A stretch of DNA of 62,391 nucleotides, the filler included, from Nemertoderma westbladi (taxonomy: Eukaryota > Animalia > Xenacoelomorpha), in NCBI GenBank assembly GCA_032718475.1. It is 3 parts of 3 records of this genome, joined end to end, with 100 filler letters (N's around TTAATTAATTAA, not from the genome) between each part and the next. Parts side by side here need not be neighbours in the genome. Positions count along the whole stretch, not along the records: positions 22,002 to 52,568 come from JAUCBJ010000689.1; positions 52,669 to 62,391 come from JAUCBJ010005544.1; 1 more part is not named here. One strand, given 5' to 3'. This document shows positions 48,292-61,560 of this stretch, one piece after another. Within the stretch, counting starts at the first letter, position 1. Each line of letters starts with the position of its first letter. The notes beneath the pieces were generated by a model. The model searched no databases. It had not been told where the DNA came from and saw nothing but the letters and a program-made list of their open reading frames with translations. A program made the position numbers and the translations under genes.

Positions 48292-51200
48292 ATGGGCGAA
48301 GCTCAAGCCGGAGGCACCAGTTATCACGGTTTAGGAATTGGTAAATTTACTGCCACTGACCCTTTGAATTCGGGTAAAGAGTTCACGAAATGGTTACGAT
48401 CGCTGGAACGAGCGATGAGGCTAGCGAGATTTGTGGATCCTGAAACTAAACTCGATGCATTATTCTACGAATCGGGTCGATCATTGGAAGATATAGCGGA
48501 GCACCTACCTAACCTGCCTGCAATAGAACCGCCACGAAACGCGTACCAAGAAGTGACGGACAAGCTTACTGAATACTTCACTCCGCGCAGAAACGTATCG
48601 CACGCTACAATGCGGTTCATCGATTGTTCGCAGTTCGAAGATCAGAGCACAGTCGGTTATGTGGTTAAACTTCGCGAGTTAGCTGTAGACTGTGAGTTTG
48701 GCGACTTACCAGCAGTTAATCGCCGCTTGAAAGAGCAAGTTCTGTCAAAAGGAACAAATATGCGGCTGAAAGCCAAGGCAATTGAACAGGACTGGACAAT
48801 CGACGAGATTGTAAGACATGCAAAGATTATGGAAGACTCTAAACTTCAATTGGCCGACATGAGCGAAACTACACGACTACTGCAGAAAGTCAAACTCGAG
48901 GAAACCGATAAGGCCGAGGAAGCCAAAAAGATCCAGCACCGATATTCTCACCTGAATATGAAAACCCGATTCGGAAATACAAGACCTGGAATATCTCCAC
49001 AAAGTTCCGGTTCACAACAGAATCCACACAATGAGAGGAGTCAAGTTGACAACAATTATCGATACTCACACCGAACCAATCAGGCACCACAAACTGAACG
49101 ATGCCTTGGGTGTAATAAACAACACAGAGGGCGCTATTGTCCAGCCCATAACAGTAGCTGTTTTATATGCGGACACACGGGCCATTGGCGGACACGATGT
49201 CTGCAAATTAATCCACAAATGCGTCCCTTTCAAGCTAGAGGAGGCAGATCTAATTATCGCCAGCAGTTTCATATGAACAGACCCATGGGTGGGCCACACT
49301 ACAGCAAAAGAATAGATGGAGAAGATCTGGAAGAACAGGTTTTTGATGAAACTGGTACCGGTACCGGTGATCATTACTGCTCCTGTGTTGATGATTCCTA
49401 CAAAGAGGACCCCCAGTTTCCAGACGAGGATCCAGATTATTTCGGTGAATGGTGCCACAAAGTTAGTGGCGACCCCTTCGAGGATGTTAGCTTACAACTG
49501 AAAATTAATGGAACTCTGATATGGGTTGAAATAGACTCATGCTGCTCTGTAACGATGATGGATGCATTCACGTTTAATAATCTCTGGCCCAACGCCCCAC
49601 GATTGCATCCTCCCTTACGACCAGCATTTACTTATTGTAATCATAAAATTCCTATAGAAGGTTGGTTTATGGCGGAAATATCAACCAAAAATGCATCTAT
49701 ACAAGACCGTATAATGGTTGTATCTGGTAAAAGTTCTTCAAAACCGCTAATTTCGGGAAAAACTGCACTTAACTTGGGTATTCTGGCTGTTGCCAGGAAG
49801 AATCATTGTTTTAGTAACAGCCCTGACTCTTTTGGAAACTTTTACAATTTCAATGATATCGCCAATGAATTAGTGTTTAAGAAAATAGATGCAGAGAAAT
49901 CAACTAACAATGCTGATAAGAATATGTTACCAATGAACATTGTACATTGTAATGAAATATTCAGATCCACCATTGGCAAGTATCTTCATGGTCAAGTTGA
50001 ATTAATGATAGACACGACGGTCAAACCCATTACCCAAACTCCACGGAAGATCCCATTCTGTTACCAGGAACGCCTAGAGCAACATTTGGACAAACTGCTA
50101 AAAGAGGACATCATCGAACACGCCCCAACTAACATCCCAACGACATGGGTATCCAATATTGTATGTGCTCCCAAACCGAAGGATTCAGACCCAAATGCCC
50201 TGAGATTTTGTCTGGACTGTCGAGCGGCTAATACAGCTATATACCGTAACAAGAATGATCTGCCCACACTCGATGATATACTGTTTGCTGTTACAGGCAG
50301 CACAGTTTTCAGTCATCTAGACCTCAATAATGGATACCATCAACTAGAACTGTCTGCAGAAAGTAGACCTATCACTACCTTTTATACACACCTCGGAAAC
50401 ATGAGATATAAACGCCTCCCATTTGGTATAATATCTGCCCAGGATGAGTTCGATCGGGTGATAAGGCGAACTATCTCTGGAATTACAGGGGCGAGGAATA
50501 TCTCCGACGACATAATTGTCTTTGGGAAAACCGCCCACGATCACGATATAGCTCTGCAGCTAGTATTGGAAGCGTTACTAAGCGCTGGGCTTACACTAAA
50601 ACGGGAGAAATGCGAATTCAGAGTCTCTAAAACCAAGTTCTTTGGGATTATCTTGAGCAAGGACGGCATATCACCTGATCCCAGTAAAGTACAAGCCATA
50701 AAGGATATGCGACCACCCACATGCAAAGAAGATGTGAGATCTCTCTTAGCCATGGTAGGAGCATCCCGTATGTTTATTCCAAATTTCGCCATCCTCACTG
50801 CTCCACTGAGAGAATTGACCAAAGATGACGTGCCCTTCATCTGGAACAATGATCTAATGGAATGCTTTGAAGCGATTCGCCATTGCTTATCAGAACATTG
50901 TCTTTTGGGCCATTTTGACCCACAATCTCAAACGGAGCTTCATGTGGACTTTCACAAAACTGGAATCGGTGCCATTTTGGTTCAACTCGACAACAAAACT
51001 GGAGAATGGATTCCAAAAATGTATGCCAGTAGATCTACCACAGGCCCAGAATCTAGATATAGTCAAACTGAGGGAGAATGTTTAGCTGTAAGGTGGGGAT
51101 CAGACCGGTTTCGACTATTTCTATTGGGTAACCCATATACCATTATAACCGATCACAAACCTCTCGAGATAATGTTATCCAAGAAACACCCTCTAAAGAG

Positions 51201-52568
51201 TCTTCCTCTAAGAATAGAGAGATGGATCATGTATCTCCAAGAGTTCGACTACATAATTAAATACCGCCGTGGATCTAGTAACATAAGTGATTATCTCTCA
51301 AGGCATAAGAATATCCAATCTAACGAGAATTTCGCACCTGAGGCAGCTGATGATGACATCATTGCCAAATCTATAAGACACATGGTTGGGGAGTCCCTAG
51401 ATAGTGCTGTGACAGTCGAGGAGGTAAAAACTGCATCAGAAACTGCTTTTTGCGAATTAAAACAAGCCATTATATCTGGCAAATGGAACAATGAGACCCA
51501 AGCCAAGTTTAAGCCATTTTATATGATCCGAGATGAATTGTCTCTAATTGATAATATCGTAATGAGGGGGAATCGAATAGTAATACCGCCCCAACTTGAA
51601 CAGAGAGTTCTTAATGTTGGTCACAGTGCACACCAAGGGGTTGTTAAAACGAAATCACTCTTACGCAGATTTTGTTGGTTCCCTGGTATGGATAGACAAG
51701 TCGAATCATTGGTCGCAAACTGCCTCGCATGTCAATCAGTTGTGGTGAGTCATCATAGGGCCCCTCTGCAAATGACTCCATTGCCAAGTTACCCATTCCA
51801 AAAGGTTGCTGTGGACCACTGCGGGCCTTTTCCCACAGGCGACACGGCCCTCGTAATGATAGATGAATACAGCCGATACCCTGACATTGAATTTACAGGA
51901 ACATCATTCAAGGAAACAGCTGGGAAACTTAAGAAAATGTTCGCTGCACATGGCCACCCAGAGGTTGTTAAAACCGATAATGGCCCCCCTTACAACTCAC
52001 AAAACTTCAAAAGGTTGGCCCAGGAACAGGGTTTCAAACATCAACGCATAACACCAGAACACCCAGAAGCAAACGGGGAAGTAGAACGCTTCAATCGTAC
52101 TCTGAAAAAAACCATCCAATCAGCACGAATCGAAGGAAAAGATTGGAAAGAGGAATGTTATAACCTTCTTGATTCGTATCGGAATACGCCTCACACTTCA
52201 ACTGGTGTAGCACCGAATGACATCGTTAAATCATACACGGCACGGCACCGACTCCCAGTTCACATAAACCCTCCAGTAAATCAGGATCTATTATCTTCTG
52301 ACTGTAAAGCGAAAGAAAACATGAAATCATATGCAGAGAAACGACGAAATATTCGAGAAACTTCTGTTGAACCTGGAAATTACATATTAATCCGGCAACG
52401 AAGATTCAACAAGTTTACATCGCACTATGAACCGACACCTTACATTGTCACAGCAGTGAAAGGATCACGTGTTTCTGGAAGGCGCACTTCCGATGGGAGA
52501 TATATCACTCGTAATATACAACATATCAAACCGATCTCACGATCTGCTCACATCCCACACGCACCAGC
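48292..52568 (+). mobile_element. Ty3/Gypsy (Mag-like) gag-pol single ORF, open to the contig end
   Basis: Gag with two CCHC-type knuckles, protease IDSCCS, RT (LDLNNGYHQL, RLPFGI, ISDDII), RNase H (YSQTEGECLA, TDHKPL), integrase HHCC and D,D35E (VDHCGP, TDNGPPY, ANGEVER). Confidence 0.96.
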
Positions 52569-52668
52569 NNNNNNNNNNNNNNNNNNNNNNNNNNNNNNNN
52601 NNNNNNNNNNNNTTAATTAATTAANNNNNNNNNNNNNNNNNNNNNNNNNNNNNNNNNNNNNNNNNNNN
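52569..52668. other. Artificial contig linker (N44-TTAATTAATTAA-N44)
   Basis: Identical in design to 21902-22001. Confidence 0.95.
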
Positions 52669-52671
52669 TGT

Positions 52672-54022
52672 TAGTGTTGAGAACTGAATCAATTTTGACT
52701 AATTTCAGTTACAGTTACAGTTTCAGTATTCAAAGTTTTGCATTTCAGTTACAGTTACAGTTTCAGTATTCAAAGTTTTGCATTTCAGTTACAGTTACAG
52801 TTTCAGTATTCAAAGTTTTGCATTTCAGTTACAGTTACAGTTTCAGTATTATAAAATTGAGCATTTCAGTTTCAGTTACAGTTTCAGTTATAGATTCAAT
52901 ATATATGATCTCATGTAGTAAGCAGTCATCTGAAACTAAAAATGAGGCACTTTAATATATTACTGTTATATACGCTAATAATAATGTTCATTACGAAACG
53001 TCCTCTTTCTAGAGCTAATAGGTAGTTGTTGTAGGAAAGTTGGACCCACTCTATGGTAATATTTTGTAATTAATATACTGATAGTATGTAATGAAAGTGG
53101 CACGTCACAAGATCACACTAAGCACCCACATTTTACTGTACATCTTGTTTCAGTGCTTGTACAGTACTGTTATCATTTATTGTTTTGGTTATAAAGCCAT
53201 GCTTCTGAATCCTGGTCATTTTCCTTAATTCGTAATTTGTTTTAGTAATCATATATATGTATTGTTTTGGTTAGACCCACCTCGATAAGCTGCTCCTTTC
53301 ACTTTTAAGTTTAATTTTGTAATTTATAATGGTAAACTTGATCAAAATTTAATTTCCATTGTGCCTCTAGTGTGATATCCCCTTTGATATTAATAGTACC
53401 GGTAACATTAATAATTAATAATGTAAGATATATATCCGTTAATATCCCTCTACCATTAGGCCTAACTTTTCTTTGTTTATCTAAAACATTTACATTTAAT
53501 ATGAAGCAAAAGTGGTGATAAGGCTGATAATAGTCTAATAGCTGAGACAGATAAACATAGACTATATGCTACTGTAGATCTTCGTTCACTACTTGACTCG
53601 CCAAATAAATCACATTTGAGCTAAGTGGGCAATGGGTCTTTGATTTTATATTGTGTAATATTATGGTTTTGTTCAGAAGTGGAAAAAATTAGATTGTTTT
53701 TTTATAACAATGTTTTAAAAATGATACCTATAGTAACCACTGTTATTCATTTATTAAACTATACTCTATACTTTATTACAATACTGTTTTAAATGCTCAT
53801 TCATGTTAATTGTGTGATTGAGAACTGAATCGGATTTTGTTAATTTCAGTTTCAGTTACAGTTACAGTATTCAAAATTCGTAATTACAGTTTCAGTTACA
53901 GTTACAGTATTCAAAATTCGCAATTACAGTTACAGTTATAGTTACAGTATCAAAAAAATCATCAAAACCATTCAGTTACAGTTGCAGTTACAGTATAATT
54001 ACAGTTACAGTTCTCAACACTA
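52672..54022. mobile_element. hAT-like non-autonomous DNA transposon with subterminal (CAGTTA)n-rich tandem repeats
   Basis: TIR TAGTGTTGAGAACTG / CAGTTCTCAACACTA; right flank CTAACTGT with the visible left flank ..TGT, consistent with an 8-bp TSD; 36-bp tandem units at 52703-52850. Confidence 0.75.
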
Positions 54023-54029
54023 CTAACTG

Positions 54030-54712
54030 TTCAGTTGTTGTTTTATACTGCTATTTGCTGTCAGTTCTTCATAATATGGTTGATGAATTATTATATTTGG
54101 AATAACGATAAATCACCCCGCAACCCAATATTCTTGATATACCGAAGGTAAGAGAGAAAGGTTACCAATAACGATTGTGACTTATGTTAAAGTGGTTTGA
54201 AGTGAATCTAATGTTATTTGATAGACCCTACATGAGTCAGCCTGTGTTCCTTTTATATGTGACTAAAATCAGTGAAGATTGGCAGATTAGTGTGCAGTAT
54301 TGTGCAGCATAGTGTATGAGTGAGTCTGTTAAAGAAGCAATTCCTAAAGAATGCGCCATATATGTGGATTATAATTAAGCCATATCGTTGCGAGTAGTTT
54401 AAGTCATAACTCTGTTTATGTAGATAAAGCGCCACGTCCTAAAGGAACTGTTAATATTACCGAAGGTGAATAATATTGTCAGAGATTATATAATACTGTC
54501 AGTCGAATAATACATTAGGCTTACATAGCAATAAAAATTAAACCGTCGAACCCAATCTCCCGGGAATATCCAGCGGGTGAATGGTCGCGCACGGATTGGT
54601 TTCGACTAGTGTAGTGAATCAAATACTTGTCATAGACTAAAAAGCAGATTTATTATCTAGAAGACATTCTAATTTGGCGGGTTAAACTGCCAAAGGTCTG
54701 AAAGCGCGAACA
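54030..54712 (+). mobile_element. Partial LTR-like copy related to 30010-30671
   Basis: Shared blocks such as GTGGTTTGAAGTGAATCTAATG and GCGCCACGTCCTAAAGGAACTGTTAATATT, with the same AACA end. Confidence 0.7.
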
Positions 54713-54720
54713 ATATATTA

Positions 54721-55660
54721 CTAGAGATGGGCCTAGCGGCCCGTGAAGCAAGTCGTAGGAGACAATTCATGTCAAGTATAAGCTTTTTGTTCTGTCTGAT
54801 AATAAATTAGTGTGAGGGTAGTCCCGGTGGTGTACGAGAAAATTTCTAGACAACTTCAAACTGTAATTATTATTTTGTAATCATCTAATGAATTATAAAA
54901 GCTGTTGTGATTATAGAAGATAGAGAGCAGTTAGCGAAATGATTATTTTGTTCTATCGGATAGAGTAGTCAGAGAGGAGTCGAGGTGTCAATTGATTAAT
55001 AATAATAACTGCAGTTGTCATGAATTCAATACAATCGCGCACAAGAAGTGATAAGACAAATTCGTTCTTATTTTTGTAATAAATAAAACAAGTTGAGATG
55101 TTTCAATGTAAACCGCGATTAACAATTTACACTGTTCAATGTAAACCACAATATTAATTAAATACAACAATTATATTACTGTATTATTATAACATATTTT
55201 TTTATATTTCAAACTATAATGTTAGCCTTATGGAGAATCATTATGAGTAAACATTCAGCCATATAACATACAGCCTCCACAGTATTAATGTTGGCACAAA
55301 GATTTCAAAATAAAACAATAATTAGATGAGAGCTAGAGAGCACAGTACAATCAATAGTAGCCAACACACTGTGTAAACAGTCATTTAGACATTGACATCA
55401 TATGGTGTTTTTATCATTGCGCCTATGGCAATTTTCGTGTTTTGGGCTATTTTTCGAAATAAAACAAGTTGAGATATTTCAATTTAAACCGCGATTTCAC
55501 AAGTACCCATAGAAATCTATTTTCATGGTTCATGAAAAATTTCATCAAAATCGTTAGCGCCGTTTTTGCTCTAGGTCAGTAGCCAGTAGTCAGTAGCCAG
55601 TAGGGTAGCCAGTAGTCAGTAGCTTTTTTTTCTTACAGTAATCAAGTCTAACGACTTGCC
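54721..55660 (-). mobile_element. Possible non-autonomous Helitron-like element
   Basis: CTAG next to a GGGCC-TAGC-GGCCC hairpin at 54721-54745; (CAGTAG)-type microsatellite at 55576-55622; internal duplication 55080-55120 / 55458-55497. Confidence 0.4.
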
Positions 55661-55835
55661 AATAATGTTCTTGGGCACTTACCCATAACAAAAATAAAAA
55701 AATACAGTATTTTAAAAATTTTTAATAATTATAGCTAGTAAAAAAACATTAGCTACCATAAAAAATATATCTACTAATGTTCTAGAACATACACCAATAT
55801 TAGAAAAGCACTAAAAAGTAGCTATCAGGAACCGT

Positions 55836-56014
55836 ACAATTCGGTCCTAGGACAATTCGTTCCCGGAGAATTCGTTCCCGGACAATTCGGTCCCATTTAT
55901 TTAGTGTTTTGGGACCGAATTGTCTAGGGCCGAATTATCCGGGACCGAATTGTCCGGACCGAATTGTCCGGACCGAATTGTCCGGGACCGAATTGTCCGG
56001 GACCGAATTGTCCT
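55836..56014. repeat. Inverted and tandem GGACCGAATTGTCC 14-15-bp repeats (MITE-like)
   Basis: Seven forward copies and about four reverse copies (GGACAATTCG..). Confidence 0.75.
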
Positions 56015-56059
56015 ACATCGTAAAGAAACTTACATTGAAGGGGCGACATATATACCTCA

Positions 56060-56242
56060 ATGTTAACTGAAATAAAAACAGGGGAACAGGTAAAGGGCAT
56101 GAACTTTACGACACTACCAGGATTCACAAATCCTACAGATACATTGTTAGAATATAATTCTAATTGGAATAAGACAAAGAAGTTCGTAGCGTACTACCGG
56201 GCATTCCGTAAGAAGAAGAAGGGCATTTATATTTGGCGATAA
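56060..56242 (+). pseudogene. Possible BEL/Pao pol remnant
   Basis: LLEYNSNWNKTKKFVAYYRAF resembles the BEL post-RNase H segment (LL.RYSSW..L.RV.AW..RF). Confidence 0.35.
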
Positions 56243-56851
56243 CCCAATAAATGAATATATTCATTCATAGTAGACAAGCCATGCCGAAGACCGCTTTGGC
56301 TTTAATAATTTATTATGGGACGTTTATGTATGATTTGCTTGAAATTATTTCGCGTAGACACTTACATAAGTTTATGTCACGTGCTGCGCGAAGTCCGAAA
56401 ATGAAATCGGATTAAAACGGGTAAAACAAATAAGGATTTTTAAACCTTCCCGCTCAAATTGTCTGTTAATATGTAAGAATGTCAGTTTAGGGCCGTCAAT
56501 AAATCAGCACTCAGCAGACAGAACCAATATGTACAACTGTTGAGTTTTCAAATAATATCCGTATCAATAAGGATTACCACCACATAACTTAGTTTTTCCG
56601 TAGGGGGTTTTTCTAGGTCGGTGATTTCACTTTCTATGTCTATTTTTTTGATTGACGGCATCTAGGCTGTCTGTCTGTCAGTTTGTCCGCCAATTGTCCG
56701 TCCCAATACTATAAATCACACCACCTATCTAAAATTTGCCATTTTGCTACGATTTTGCGGTTTGGCCAGTCAGCGCTTATAGCCTGGCAGGTCCCGACAC
56801 TCCGACCCTCCGACCCTCCGACCCCACCCCATCATATAAAATAGAAGTGGA

Positions 56852-57290
56852 CATTTGGAAATCGAATTGGAAATTCTGAAATCGAATTGGAAATTCTGAA
56901 ATCGAATTGGAAATTCTGAAACAGAAATGGAAATTCGGAAATGAAATTTTTTGAAATTATAAATATATCTTCCTGAATACATTTAGGAATTTCTGGATTG
57001 CAATTGGAATTTTTGAAATCCAATTGGTTCCTTCTGAATTTCAAATCTTAATCTTGAAATTCAAATGGTACATTTCGAAATCGAAATGACTTTACTAAAA
57101 TCAAATTGAAACATTCTGAAATGAAAATAGCAAAAGTTAAAAATTCAAATATAATTTTCTGAAATTTAAATGGAATTTATGAACCCCAATTACAATATTC
57201 TGAAATCAAAATGCAATTATTGAAATCCAAATGAAAGAATATATATTTCAAATGTATTTTATGAAATCAATGTGATGTTTTCTGAAATAC
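56852..57290. repeat. Degenerate ~20-bp tandem repeat (GAAATCGAATTGGAAATTCT)
   Basis: Three near-perfect copies followed by decaying copies. Confidence 0.75.
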
Positions 57291-57299
57291 ATGTTGAAG

Positions 57300-57732
57300 A
57301 GGTGTAGTAGGAAGCGTGAAACGAGCTATGAAAGCGTTATTAGCAAACCACGTTCTGATGGAAGACACCCTGAGGACAGCATTAGCAAAATGCGAAGGGA
57401 TAATAAACAGTAGACCATTATATTATGCCCACTCAACGATGACCCGGAATCATTGGAAACGCTAACACCATACACATACTACGAGAAAGACCAACACAAA
57501 TATTAATAGATAGATATCGGGACAAGGATGACTAACTCTCCAAACAGACGTAAAAAGTAGCCAAACTCAGTAGCAACGGAGTTCTGGGAAATGTGGATAA
57601 TGGAGTATCTACCTACCATACATGGTAGGAAGAAATGGCGAGAGGAACAGAAGGACATAATGGAAGGTGATCTCACAATGGTCACGGACGACACAATTCC
57701 AACCAATCAATGGACGTTAGCGAGAGTAGTGA
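57300..57732 (+). pseudogene. Degenerate BEL/Pao integrase remnant
   Basis: SVKRAMKALL..DTLRTALAKCEGIINSRPL..DDPESLETLTP..FWEMWIMEYLPTIHGRKKWR..QWTLARVV, with frameshifts. Confidence 0.85.
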
Positions 57733-57869
57733 GTGGCATGGAAATTACGGACATATTTATAATAATAATTCAAGATACACCCACAAGCGGGATAAAAATG
57801 TATATACAACGATTGGAAAATTAAATATTAAAAACAGACTAAAAGTTCCATTGAGATTAGTTTTATACT

Positions 57870-59130
57870 AAGGTCAGGTTGTGGAGAGCGTGGACAGTGG
57901 TGGGCACGAGGTGCACGATAGGGCGTGGTAGCGGTCACCGCATGGTTCAGCGCAGTGTCGGCAGACGCAGGTCGATGACATCGGGTGGAAAGGCTGGAAG
58001 TTCAGACAGATGAGATGGTGGAAACCATGGGCTGTGGCACGGGTTACCACGTGGCGGTTGCGTTGACCCGGCCGTCGCCACGTCGAGGACTGGATTGCTG
58101 GTCCTCGTGAGTATCCCTCAGAAACAAAATTTGACTCGCGTATGGCTCGAAATTCGAAGTATCGGTAACGACGTCGGTAGCAAAGACTCCAGGAAACATA
58201 GCAATGATATCTTCTACGAGGGTTTGTTGTTTCACGAGATGTCGGGCCATAGTAGACGATGCTGACTTATGGATTCCAAGCATACGTTTAATATGTGTAG
58301 CTTTTACTTTATCAATATCTTTTAGATTTGAGACAGTTAGAAATTCGCCTATTTCTTTTATAGAGTACAGAATAATGGGAGCTATTTTGCTTTTGAATAT
58401 TGTGAACCCAGTTTCGATTGATAATAATTGTAGATGGTTTAAACATCCAATTGCGCTGTAGGCCTTTTTCTTTCGTTTTACAATATGCCGTGAAAAACAT
58501 ATAGAAGGCTGAAGGGTTACACCGAGATATTCGTATTCATTAACAATCATAACCGGAATCCCACCGTATGTAAACTTGTCTAACATTGCTAGGCGGCCAG
58601 CGTTTCTGAATTTAATAATTTTAGTTTTAGCCAGATTAACTTCCATTCCATTTAATGTGCACCAGTCATATAAAATATTTAACGCTTGTTGTATTGATTC
58701 CCTGTTGTTTGAGTAGAAAACCAGGTTGTCGAAGGCCTTCTTAAAGTCAACGAAGACGACGTATACGTGACGGTCCGCACGAATTTGTTGTTGCAAAGCT
58801 TTGCGGATGTCGGATAGGAGGACACGAATTGCCTGTTGCGTTGATTTGCCTATCGTGAATCCAAATTGCTCCACTGGAATTCGATGGCCGATGTTTAACC
58901 GGACACGGGAGTTTATTATTGATGTTGTGTTTGAGTAGGATGGAGATCAACGCGATGCCCCTGTAGTTGTCTGGTTGCTTTAGTGATCCCTTACCCTTAT
59001 ATAGAATGTATATTATGTATATATATGTATATTATATAGACTGTCTTTCCATGAACTCGGGATTCTACCGATATCTAAGCACGTGTTAAACAACAGGGTT
59101 AGTAAACTGAGGATGAAGGGTAACAACAAT
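57870..59130 (-). pseudogene. Internally deleted non-LTR retrotransposon (RT plus C-terminal Cys/His finger)
   Basis: YKGKGSLKQPDNYRGIALIS, EQFGF, VFVDFKKAFD, YEYLGVTL; C-terminal HGFHHLIC..FH..CVCRHC..YHALSC near 57910-58040. Confidence 0.85.
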
Positions 59131-59449
59131 ATCTATATTGGGTATAGCTATATAAACCATTGCAATCCCATTATTAGTTTAGTTGTGTGCGAGCATTAGA
59201 TTAATAAGGTGTGTTAGTGAATTTATTACTACCGGCCAAGAGTCAGTACAGTACGGTCGGTTCAGTACAATACAGACAAGCTAACATTATTATAAGTGCA
59301 TTATTAAGTTGGCAATTAAACATTTTGTAAACTCTATTAGCGAACAATATATATCTGCAATCCATCGTAACATCAAACTTCAAATAACCCTCAACCTCAA
59401 CCATCAATGTCTGACTGACCACGTAGTCGTGCTTTTTACACATGCTTAC

Positions 59450-59697
59450 GGTACGACTTGAGCTGCACAACTGTAACAGTCTATAAGTGTTGTTATTATT
59501 ATTATTAGGGGGGTTATTTTGTGTGCCAATATTATTTTCAGGGGGCCCCTTATTTTGAATGACAAAGTGGGTGCGAGGCATTTCGGCTTCAGTGCCATTT
59601 ATATTTAAGGCCCTTCTCAATATTAGATACTCAGGTTCATTTGGGTTCCTGAAAACATGTGGTATTAGTTCAGGATAATCAAATAGGGATGAATAAG
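59450..59697 (-). CDS. Probable internal coding exon of an unidentified host gene
   Basis: ttaatttacag|CT TAT...CGT ACC|gtaagc; open frame YSSLFDYPELIPHVFRNPNEPEYLILRRALNINGTEAEMPRTHFVIQ...TYRLLQLCSSSRT. Family not recognised. Confidence 0.55.
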
Positions 59698-60061
59698 CTG
59701 TAAATTAAATTTAATACCATAAGACCTCTGCATTCTGCTGTTTTGCGTGGATAGATTTTTCATTTTATTAGTTTTCAGTACATAGCAACAGGGCCGCTTT
59801 AATCGTATGAAGACTTCTAGAGACTATTTTATATTGGGTTTGATATGTGTTTGAAATAGGTGTCTCTTGTCAGTTGAATGTTGCCCCATTTAGAACATTT
59901 ATACCTATTTAAGAACATCTTTATGATGTTTTAAGCACTATAAATATTTAATTGAATTGTGTTCTAGAATTTTTATGGAAGTTGAATTAGCCTTGCGCAG
60001 ATGGATAAACTTTATATCCCAGCTATTTGCTATTTCTCAATTTCTCATCTACAAATTTCAG

Positions 60062-60345
60062 CTGTTAGTGGGGCGAGAGACGAAAGTAAGTGAGCTTAGC
60101 ATACAGGTACCACTAACGCAATCGGTGTGTCTGTTGTTCTGTTGTTCCGTTGTTCCGTTCTTCTATTGTTCCGTTCTTCTATTGTTCTGTTCTGTTGTGT
60201 TCAATTTTAACGTTAATAAATCAGCCAAATGTTAATGAAATCTATCCAAACTTGGTACACATGTTGTCTGGCAAAAGTTTAGAAATTTTCCAAGTTGAAT
60301 TTCCGTGTGGCCTTAGAGAAGCTAAGATAATAGCAGTTAATTAAG
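60062..60345 (+). mobile_element. Fragment of a HINE-like repeat (GTGGGGCGAG head, CTGTT/CCGTT microsatellite)
   Basis: Head resembles 12332-12365 (GTGGGGCGAG..ACGAA..GAGC(C)TTAGC). Confidence 0.45.
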
Positions 60346-60559
60346 TTGATTAGGGGAAAACAGCATTTTCAAGCCTATCTTTTAATGGAAATTAATTATT
60401 TTATAGTATAATATATAAATAATTATAATTAAAAGTTATACAGCTGTAATCCCCATACCCCATTCCATTATATAGTCCTTAATTAGTCCAAGTGATTTGC
60501 TTTAATTTAATTTGCATTTGAATGCGTTTTTAATTGATCTAAACGTACTTCAGTCATCA

Positions 60560-61030
60560 AAATACCCTCGTCACTCTATACCTCCCACATTCCTTAACAT
60601 ACTAGCTATTGCCTATTAGTTGGAACCAGTCCAATCATCTCATCATTACTTGGCAACGGGTAATTACATCTATAGAAAATAGGCAAGGCACTACTAGTGT
60701 AAAGTGATTAATAAGCCAGCTGCTCTTCTACATCGTGTCAACATCCGTTATCCTCCGATCTACTTTGTAAATGTTGTGAGGATGTTGAAATTGTTGACGA
60801 CATACAATCACCGAGTCTTATACATAGAACCACCATCGATATCGATGATCTGGATATTCAATATGTCAATGTTCTTACAGATATTCATAATAAACATGCC
60901 CCAATCAATGTGAAAACAACTGTACAACGTACAAAAGCTCCATGGTGTACTTCGGACATTATTATCCAAAAGAAAATACGACGAAGATTGGAACGTAAAT
61001 ATAGGATATCACAGTTAGTTGGTCGTTGAT
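60560..61030 (+). pseudogene. L2/CR1-type LINE ORF2 remnant (EN-RT linker)
   Basis: KHAPINVKTTVQRTKAPWCTSDIIIQKKIRRRLERKYR, the typical HAP....PW....K...R.LER..R linker. Confidence 0.65.
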
Positions 61031-61499
61031 AAAATAGCATACCGGGCGGGGGCAGTGCCAAGCAGTAGCAAATGAAATTACTGCTTCAAAGGAGATATAT
61101 TATAGACAAATGATTGAATGTTTCACTAAACTGCCTGTGCCGCTCGCGATGGCCAGACAAATTCAATGGATAACAGAACGTTGCGTTGGTTTACTTGTAG
61201 GAGAAAGTCTGGTGCGTTTTCAACGCGCTTCCTTTGTATACAGTATGTGTTGTTTCAGGGTGTGATATAAAGTTAGATTGAGTAAAAACAGTATGAATTG
61301 AGATTCACTGATAATCGATAGTATTCTTTACTATTTAAATAACTTCAGACCCTTGTCGAACCTTTGCTATGTTTCGAAATTAACAGAGAAAGTTGTAGCC
61401 ATTGATTGTACCAATTGATTAAGTATATGAATGTGAATAACCGAAATGTGTCGCACCATAGAATACTAAATATAGAAATTGATACTCCATATCTCAAGA

Positions 61500-61560
61500 A
61501 CCTGTGGCCTAGTGGTTGTTGTCTTGGCTTCCACCTCGAGATCCCAGGTTCGAATCCGAC
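61500..61560 (+). ncRNA. tRNA-derived Pol III promoter / SINE head (A and B boxes)
   Basis: A box TGGCCTAGTGG (61505-61515), B box GGTTCGAATCC (61547-61557), anticodon-like loop CTTCCAC; no acceptor stem, so not a true tRNA. Confidence 0.75.
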
